64,000 bases of DNA from Candidatus Heimdallarchaeum aukensis (GTDB lineage Archaea > Asgardarchaeota > Heimdallarchaeia > Heimdallarchaeales > Heimdallarchaeaceae). Made by a program: the position numbers and the translations under genes. Of the stretch, positions 57,064 to 64,000 are shown piece by piece. Positions within the stretch are counted from its first letter, which is position 1. Every line of letters begins with the position of its first letter. The stretch lies in the NCBI GenBank assembly GCA_021513695.1, contig CP084166.1:2272001-2336000 (forward strand). The letters run 5' to 3'. The notes under the pieces were generated by a model that saw only the letters and a list, made by a program, of their open reading frames with translations, was not told where the DNA came from and searched no databases.

Positions 57064-57795
57064 GTGTATTATGTGTTTAAACGTTCAAAACGCTCAAAGC
57101 TTGAAGAAGCTAATATACTCTTAGGAGAAGCAAAGGTTCTAGGTCAGCAAAGGAAATATCAAGAAGCCACTGAAACAATTGAAAAAGCAATAGCACTTTT
57201 TACACAGGAAAATGATAGACAAAAACTTGATCTGTCTAAAGCTCTATTTTATGAATTCAAAGCTGAACAATCTATAAAGTCTAACAGAGCTTTAGAAGCT
57301 TCTAACTATCTCGGGAGAGCCGGAGGATTTTACATGCGTTTGCATATGGTTAACGATTTAAACCGGGTTTACAAGAAACAAGCGGACATTTTACTTATTC
57401 TAGCTAGACAAACTATGAAAGAAAAACATTTTATTGAAGCAGCGTCTTATTTTGAGCAAGCCGCTATGGCTTATCAAAAATTAAAAAATAAAGAAATGGA
57501 ACTTGATTGTAAAGCTAAATCTTATGTTTCTCGTGCAGCTGCAGAAAAAACTATATCTGGAAGGAAGGTTTATCTTAGAAAAGCAGTGGAAATAATGCAA
57601 GAAACAGGAACTGATAATCCAATAATAAAGGGCCATCTAGCTTATTATAATGGTTTATTTATTAAGGAAGAAAAGAAAGAGGAAGCTCTTCGCTATTTTA
57701 GTGAAGCTTTACAGAACTATCAAAAAGCTGGAATGTCAAAAAGGGTAGAAGAAATAAAAAAGATGATTAATGACCTAGTTTCAAGCCAGATCTAG
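57064..57795 (+). CDS. Helical-repeat (TPR-like) hypothetical protein
   Basis: 243-aa all-alpha sequence with repeated A/Y/L spacing (EATETIEKAIALF...EAASYFEQAAMAYQKL...EALRYFSEALQNYQKAG). Confidence 0.4.
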   Translation: MYYVFKRSKRSKLEEANILLGEAKVLGQQRKYQEATETIEKAIALFTQENDRQKLDLSKALFYEFKAEQSIKSNRALEASNYLGRAGGFYMRLHMVNDLNRVYKKQADILLILARQTMKEKHFIEAASYFEQAAMAYQKLKNKEMELDCKAKSYVSRAAAEKTISGRKVYLRKAVEIMQETGTDNPIIKGHLAYYNGLFIKEEKKEEALRYFSEALQNYQKAGMSKRVEEIKKMINDLVSSQI

Positions 57796-57847
57796 TTTCA
57801 AAATAGTAGAATTGTTCTGACTTACTTTATTAGAGATGAATAAAATA

Positions 57848-58504
57848 CTATCTAATGTATATCTCTCTAAATTTCAAAACCTTTTCTTCACTTTGGATAG
57901 CTAATCTTGCAGCATGAGAAAAAAGTTTTTCAACATTTTCAGATGATAATGCAGATGTTTCTATATAATCAAAATTATTTTCTTTTGCATATTCTTCTGC
58001 TTTTTCTCTGTCTACAGCTCTTGCATTTTTTAGATCACTCTTATTTCCACATAAAATAATTGGAATTTCTGAACATTTTTTCTTTATTTCACTAACCCAA
58101 AAGGATACATCATCAAATGTTGACGTTTTAGTAATATCATAGACTACGATAGCAACTTTAGCTCCTAGAAAATATTTTTGTCTAACAAATCCAAAAATTT
58201 CTTGAGCTCCTGTATCCCATAAACTAATTCTAACATTAACATCATCGGTGAGTATATTTTTAGACAAATTTTCATTTAATTCGTCCTTTGTTAAGGAAAG
58301 ACTTTTCGTTAACCAACTCACACCCATTGTTGGGATATAAGAATATGAGAAAGTGTTCATAGCATATCTTCTTGCCAATGATGTTTTTCCTACAAAAGCT
58401 GAACCAATTGTTATAATTTTATACAAATGTCGTTCTATCATTTTTATCTCCAAAATATTTCTATTAGTTTTCTTTCTATGTTGATACTGCTTAAACGCCT
58501 CCAA
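57848..58504 (-). CDS. Rab/Ras-like small GTPase (eukaryote-like)
   Basis: G1 GSAFVGKTS; switch I YIPTMGV; G3 LWDTGAQE; G4 GNKSDL; G5 ETSAL. Confidence 0.8.
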   Translation of the reverse strand: MEAFKQYQHRKKTNRNILEIKMIERHLYKIITIGSAFVGKTSLARRYAMNTFSYSYIPTMGVSWLTKSLSLTKDELNENLSKNILTDDVNVRISLWDTGAQEIFGFVRQKYFLGAKVAIVVYDITKTSTFDDVSFWVSEIKKKCSEIPIILCGNKSDLKNARAVDREKAEEYAKENNFDYIETSALSSENVEKLFSHAARLAIQSEEKVLKFREIYIR

Positions 58505-59292
58505 TCATCGAGAATCAAAGGCTTTGTATTCGTATTGATTAATTCTCTAAACTGTTCTGGTTCAAAATACTTACTAGTGATATCAACAAATTCTGAAATG
58601 AAATTAAGGAATGTCTCCTTTATTTGGCTATAATCTTCAATTTCTGTTATTTCTGTTGAGTTTACTTCATCTCTTATAAAGAACCCTTCTTTGTCAAAGA
58701 AAAATAACTCGTCAATTTTTTTGTAATCATTTATTAATTTATTAACATCATTTCTTAGTAACTGATTAATTTTTTTCCTTTTCGATTGATCTTCCACAAC
58801 TTTTTGTATTCCTGAACATACTGAATTTATTATATTCTCAAATATTTCTAATAAATTTCTGAACTCAATATCTTTGATGTGATTAGATATAATAGCGTTC
58901 ACTTTGAAAACTTCGGAAATCACCATAGATGGCGATAAGGGTTTTTTTACTTGTTTAATTTCATCAAGGAAATTTTTAGCAGTTTCTTTATCATAGATGT
59001 CAAAAGAGTATAGAAAGAGATTCATTAAAAAGAATAATTGAGAATACGCCATTCCTTCTTTTTGCTCTTGGGAGATTAGTACAAATATGAAATCATACTT
59101 CTTTTCAACTAAAACAATTGTTTTCTTAAAAATTATTTCTCTTAATGGTCCTAATTCTCTTTGTTCTCCCATCTTTATGAATTTTAATAGTTCCGCAAAT
59201 TGGTCAGGTTTAAGAATTAAATTTTCACTATTAGGCGTGTCTGTAAAGATAGTATCGTAGTTATTTTTGTTGAGTATGTAAAAATTAACCAA
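58444..59292 (-). CDS. Hypothetical protein with an N-terminal longin/roadblock-like domain; candidate partner (GEF-like?) of the adjacent Rab-like GTPase
   Basis: 282-aa ORF whose 3' end overlaps the GTPase start by ~60 nt. N-terminal beta-beta-alpha-beta-beta pattern (IIFKKTIVLVEKKYDFIFVLIS). Confidence 0.35.
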   Translation of the reverse strand: MVNFYILNKNNYDTIFTDTPNSENLILKPDQFAELLKFIKMGEQRELGPLREIIFKKTIVLVEKKYDFIFVLISQEQKEGMAYSQLFFLMNLFLYSFDIYDKETAKNFLDEIKQVKKPLSPSMVISEVFKVNAIISNHIKDIEFRNLLEIFENIINSVCSGIQKVVEDQSKRKKINQLLRNDVNKLINDYKKIDELFFFDKEGFFIRDEVNSTEITEIEDYSQIKETFLNFISEFVDITSKYFEPEQFRELINTNTKPLILDDWRRLSSINIERKLIEIFWR

Positions 59293-59419
59293 TTAGTACA
59301 CCTTTCTATAATTACTTTTAAATAAATTTAAACTTATTCCTTCTTTAGATTCTGCGTTAACTTTGCCAGTTTCTATTTTTCTTCTATAAATTTTAAAAAG
59401 TATAAAAAAAGATAGAAAC

Positions 59420-61612
<2,193 letters not shown>

Positions 61613-61780
61613 TTATTTCCTCTGATGAAATTCATTTATTATTCCTTGATTCAAAACCTTAATTGACCTTTATTAAGGTTATTTTTTGACAGCATTTTAT
61701 TAACAAATGGGAAATTAGTATTTATATTATATTTTATAAAGAACAAAGAAAAAAGAAACAAAGAAAAAGAAAATGTACTT

Positions 61781-63499
61781 TTAGCAACCCGGAGTGAAGT
61801 AAGGCTTAAGTTCTCCAATATGAGAATCTTCTTCGAGAGTTGCTATCTGATAAATTTTATACCCTCCAGTTAGATTTCTTGGATCAAAACCATGTTGCTT
61901 TAGAATTCGGTATGCGAGATAAGAAGTGAATCCAGTCACACAATGTAGATATACTGGCTTATTTTTTGGAATCTCATCTAGCCTTTCTCTTAATTGACCA
62001 ATAGGTATGTTTATCGCACCTGGAATACAACCTTCAGCATGTAATTCTGGTCCTCTTACGTCAATAATTGTCGCCCCTTCTTCTTTTAATTTCTGTGCTT
62101 CATTCCAATGCCATATCTTCACTTCTCCCCTCATTACGTTAGAAGCAACAAAACCAGCCATATTTACACAATCTCTGGCACAACCAAATTGTGGAGCATA
62201 GCACAATTCAAGATTTTCTAAATCATATACTGTCCCCTTAAAGTTTATAACTGTTGCAATGACATCTATCCTTTTTTCTGTTCCTGGCCCACCTACTGCT
62301 TGTGCTCCTAATATTCTGCCATTTTTAGAGTCAAAAATCAGTTTCATTGATATTTCTTGGGCATCAGGGTAGTAACTTGCATGATTTTGGGGATGAACAT
62401 AGATTTTCTCATAGTTAGTAATTCCTAATGATTTGAGTTGTTTCTCGTTTAATCCAGTTTGAGCAACAGTTTTGTCAAAGACTTTAAGAACAGCCGTACC
62501 TATTGAGCCTTTGTAAGTTGTATCTCTTCCAGCAAGATTGTCAGCAGCTATTCTCCCTTCTCTGTTAGCTGGACCAGCAAGAGGAACAACAGTCGGCTTT
62601 TCAGTAATGAAATTTTTAATCTGAACAGCATCACCTACAGCATATATATCAGGGTCAGAGGTTTGCATGTGTTCGTCAACTATTATATATCCTCGTTCAG
62701 TTAGTTCGAGACCACAATCTTTAGCTAAATGTGTGTCTGGTCTAATCCCTATACTCAAAATGACAAGATCTGTTCCAATTTTCCTTCCGCTTTTAGTAAT
62801 AACTTTGTACTTTCCTTCTCCATCTGTAGACTTCTCAATGCCTACAACCCCATCTCCTAAAATAAGTTTGACCCTATTGAGTACAAGTTCATTATGGATA
62901 AATTGTGCCATCTCTCTGTCTAATGTAGGTAAAACTTGGTCTAAAAGTTCAATTACTTTTACACGAATACCTCTTCGACTAAGATTTTCGACCATTTCTA
63001 ATCCTATATACCCTCCTCCTATTACTGTTGCTGTAACAGGGTTGTTCTTCTCAATAAATTCATATATTTTTTCTGTATCTGGAATATTACGGAGAGAAAA
63101 AATAGGTATATCATCCATTCCTCTGAAAGGAGGACGAATTGGCTCTGCACCAGGTGCTAAAACAAGCTTGTCATAAGAAAGTTCATACTCTTTTCCCACT
63201 TCTCTGTCAATCACTTTAACTATTTTCCTTTCTCGATCGATTGAAATAGCCTCATTCAAAACTCTGACATCAATATTGAAAAACTGTTTAAATTTTTCAG
63301 GTGTCATTAAAACTAGTTTTTCGCGGTCTTGTATCACTTTTCCAATATAATAAGGAAGACCACAGTTTGCAAAAGAAACATATGGTCCTCGTTCTAGTAT
63401 TATTATTTCCGCAAATTCATCTAATCGCCGATATCTAGCTGCTGTGCTTGCGCCACCAGCAACACCACCTATTATTATTATTCTCTTTTTCAATTTCAT
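61781..63499 (-). CDS. CoA-disulfide reductase / NAD(FAD)-dependent oxidoreductase fused to a C-terminal rhodanese domain
   Basis: FAD site IIIGGVAGGAS; redox Cys in SFANCGLPYY; NAD site VIGGGYIGLE; C-terminal rhodanese with active-site CVTGFTS. Confidence 0.8.
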   Translation of the reverse strand: MKLKKRIIIIGGVAGGASTAARYRRLDEFAEIIILERGPYVSFANCGLPYYIGKVIQDREKLVLMTPEKFKQFFNIDVRVLNEAISIDRERKIVKVIDREVGKEYELSYDKLVLAPGAEPIRPPFRGMDDIPIFSLRNIPDTEKIYEFIEKNNPVTATVIGGGYIGLEMVENLSRRGIRVKVIELLDQVLPTLDREMAQFIHNELVLNRVKLILGDGVVGIEKSTDGEGKYKVITKSGRKIGTDLVILSIGIRPDTHLAKDCGLELTERGYIIVDEHMQTSDPDIYAVGDAVQIKNFITEKPTVVPLAGPANREGRIAADNLAGRDTTYKGSIGTAVLKVFDKTVAQTGLNEKQLKSLGITNYEKIYVHPQNHASYYPDAQEISMKLIFDSKNGRILGAQAVGGPGTEKRIDVIATVINFKGTVYDLENLELCYAPQFGCARDCVNMAGFVASNVMRGEVKIWHWNEAQKLKEEGATIIDVRGPELHAEGCIPGAINIPIGQLRERLDEIPKNKPVYLHCVTGFTSYLAYRILKQHGFDPRNLTGGYKIYQIATLEEDSHIGELKPYFTPGC

Positions 63500-63664
63500 C
63501 CCTTAAAAGTTATTTAGTAGAGACTCCTAAATAGAAATATAAAATTAAAGGTATAACTATATTATATCTAATACTAAAAAATATCCAGCAAACTAATGTT
63601 TTTTACATTTTTAGTTAATAGAATTTTGGAAAAATATTAACATATAAAAAAAGAGAAAGTGCAT

Positions 63665-64000
63665 TCACTCTATTTCTTCTAATTCTTCTAACAAATAGCG
63701 AGTACTAGTTTGTTTCATTCGTGAATCTTGTTCTTTTTCTCTTTCACTAATAATATCTCTTTCTATTCGGTCTAAGGCAATAGCAAACGCTCCAAATAAT
63801 CCATAACCCTCTGAGCGAGAGACATAAGTTTTTCCTTTATTTGTTGTTATTCTTAATCTAATCTGATACAAACTGTATCCTCTAAATTTCTTCTTTGGAA
63901 TAGATTTAATATGGATATAGAAATGTCCTGCATTCCCAATCATCAAAGAATATTTATCAATGAACTCTGAAGATAAATCAAAAAGTTGCTTTAAATCTTC
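63665..64000 (-). CDS. hpf: HPF/RaiA-like ribosome hibernation factor. Partial: the N-terminus lies beyond the window end.
   Basis: The reading frame stays open upstream to the window edge. The ...EDLKQLFDLSSEFIDKYS...HFYIHIK...TTNKGKTYVSRSEGYGLFGAFAIALDRIERDI pattern resembles the HPF beta-alpha-beta-beta-beta-alpha core. Confidence 0.4.
   Translation of the reverse strand, partial: EDLKQLFDLSSEFIDKYSLMIGNAGHFYIHIKSIPKKKFRGYSLYQIRLRITTNKGKTYVSRSEGYGLFGAFAIALDRIERDIISEREKEQDSRMKQTSTRYLLEELEEIE

Overview
This window reads as AT-rich (~30% GC) archaeal chromosome, probably from an Asgard/Lokiarchaeia-like organism. Evidence for that: archaeal FEN-1, Hjc, DnaG primase, Pelota, CDC48, GPN-loop GTPase, ribosomal protein L40e, an SRP (7S) RNA, and a tRNA with a bulge-helix-bulge-type intron in the anticodon loop. 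Alongside these are several roadblock/longin-fold proteins, a Rab-like GTPase, another small Ras-superfamily GTPase, a translin-family protein and a V4R/TRAPP-like protein.

Recognisable core functions by region:
- 0-5 kb: uracil phosphoribosyltransferase (upp), protein-L-isoaspartate methyltransferase (pcm), FEN-1, a THUMP-domain RNA methyltransferase.
- 5.5-11 kb: a polyferredoxin membrane protein, a SplB-like radical SAM enzyme, and the archaeosine pair RaSEA-ArcS.
- 11.1-12.6 kb: two tRNA-Lys genes (one with an intron) that share a duplicated upstream cassette, followed by an orphan putative m4C/m6A DNA methyltransferase (SPPY motif).
- 12.6-18.8 kb: GPN GTPase, a CinA-like protein, a polyprenyl synthase, translin, glycerate kinase, and wHTH-fused RibL/RibK.
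- 19-22 kb: a Shine-Dalgarno-led operon encoding an acidic protein, an ArsR-wHTH/coiled-coil/proline-rich protein and an unknown protein.
- 22.2-23.7 kb: DnaG carrying a perfect 4x30-bp in-frame tandem repeat.
- 24-32 kb: coiled-coil proteins, L40e, and a roadblock + small GTPase pair followed by a PaaK-like ligase and a membrane acyltransferase-like protein.
- 32.8-37.7 kb: Trm5 and a molybdenum cofactor cluster (moaC, moaA, MOSC, moeA, moaB).
- 37.7-46.8 kb: Hjc, Pelota, a radical SAM enzyme, NcsA, a zinc-ribbon membrane protein with an RGG-like tail, SRP RNA, a V4R-like protein, geranylgeranyl reductase, and a tandem roadblock protein.
- 46.9-50 kb: a WtpABC/ModABC transporter.
- 50.7-53.7 kb: NfnAB-like oxidoreductase and a GNAT acetyltransferase.
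- 53.7-57 kb: a GC-rich structured spacer, tRNA-Val immediately followed by an orphan Dcm-type C5 methyltransferase, an FrhB-like protein and CofE.
- 57-64 kb: a TPR-like protein, a Rab-like GTPase overlapping a longin/roadblock-like protein, CDC48, a CoA-disulfide-reductase/rhodanese fusion, and a partial HPF-like gene at the window edge.

Most notable: (1) a ~4.8 kb segment (7.9-12.6 kb) in which the ArcS/RaSEA genes and the methyltransferase are coded on a pyrimidine-rich strand with non-host codon usage, flanking the duplicated tRNA-Lys genes; (2) several eukaryote-like small-GTPase/roadblock modules; (3) orphan DNA methyltransferases directly downstream of tRNA genes; (4) a candidate unassigned structured RNA upstream of tRNA-Val.
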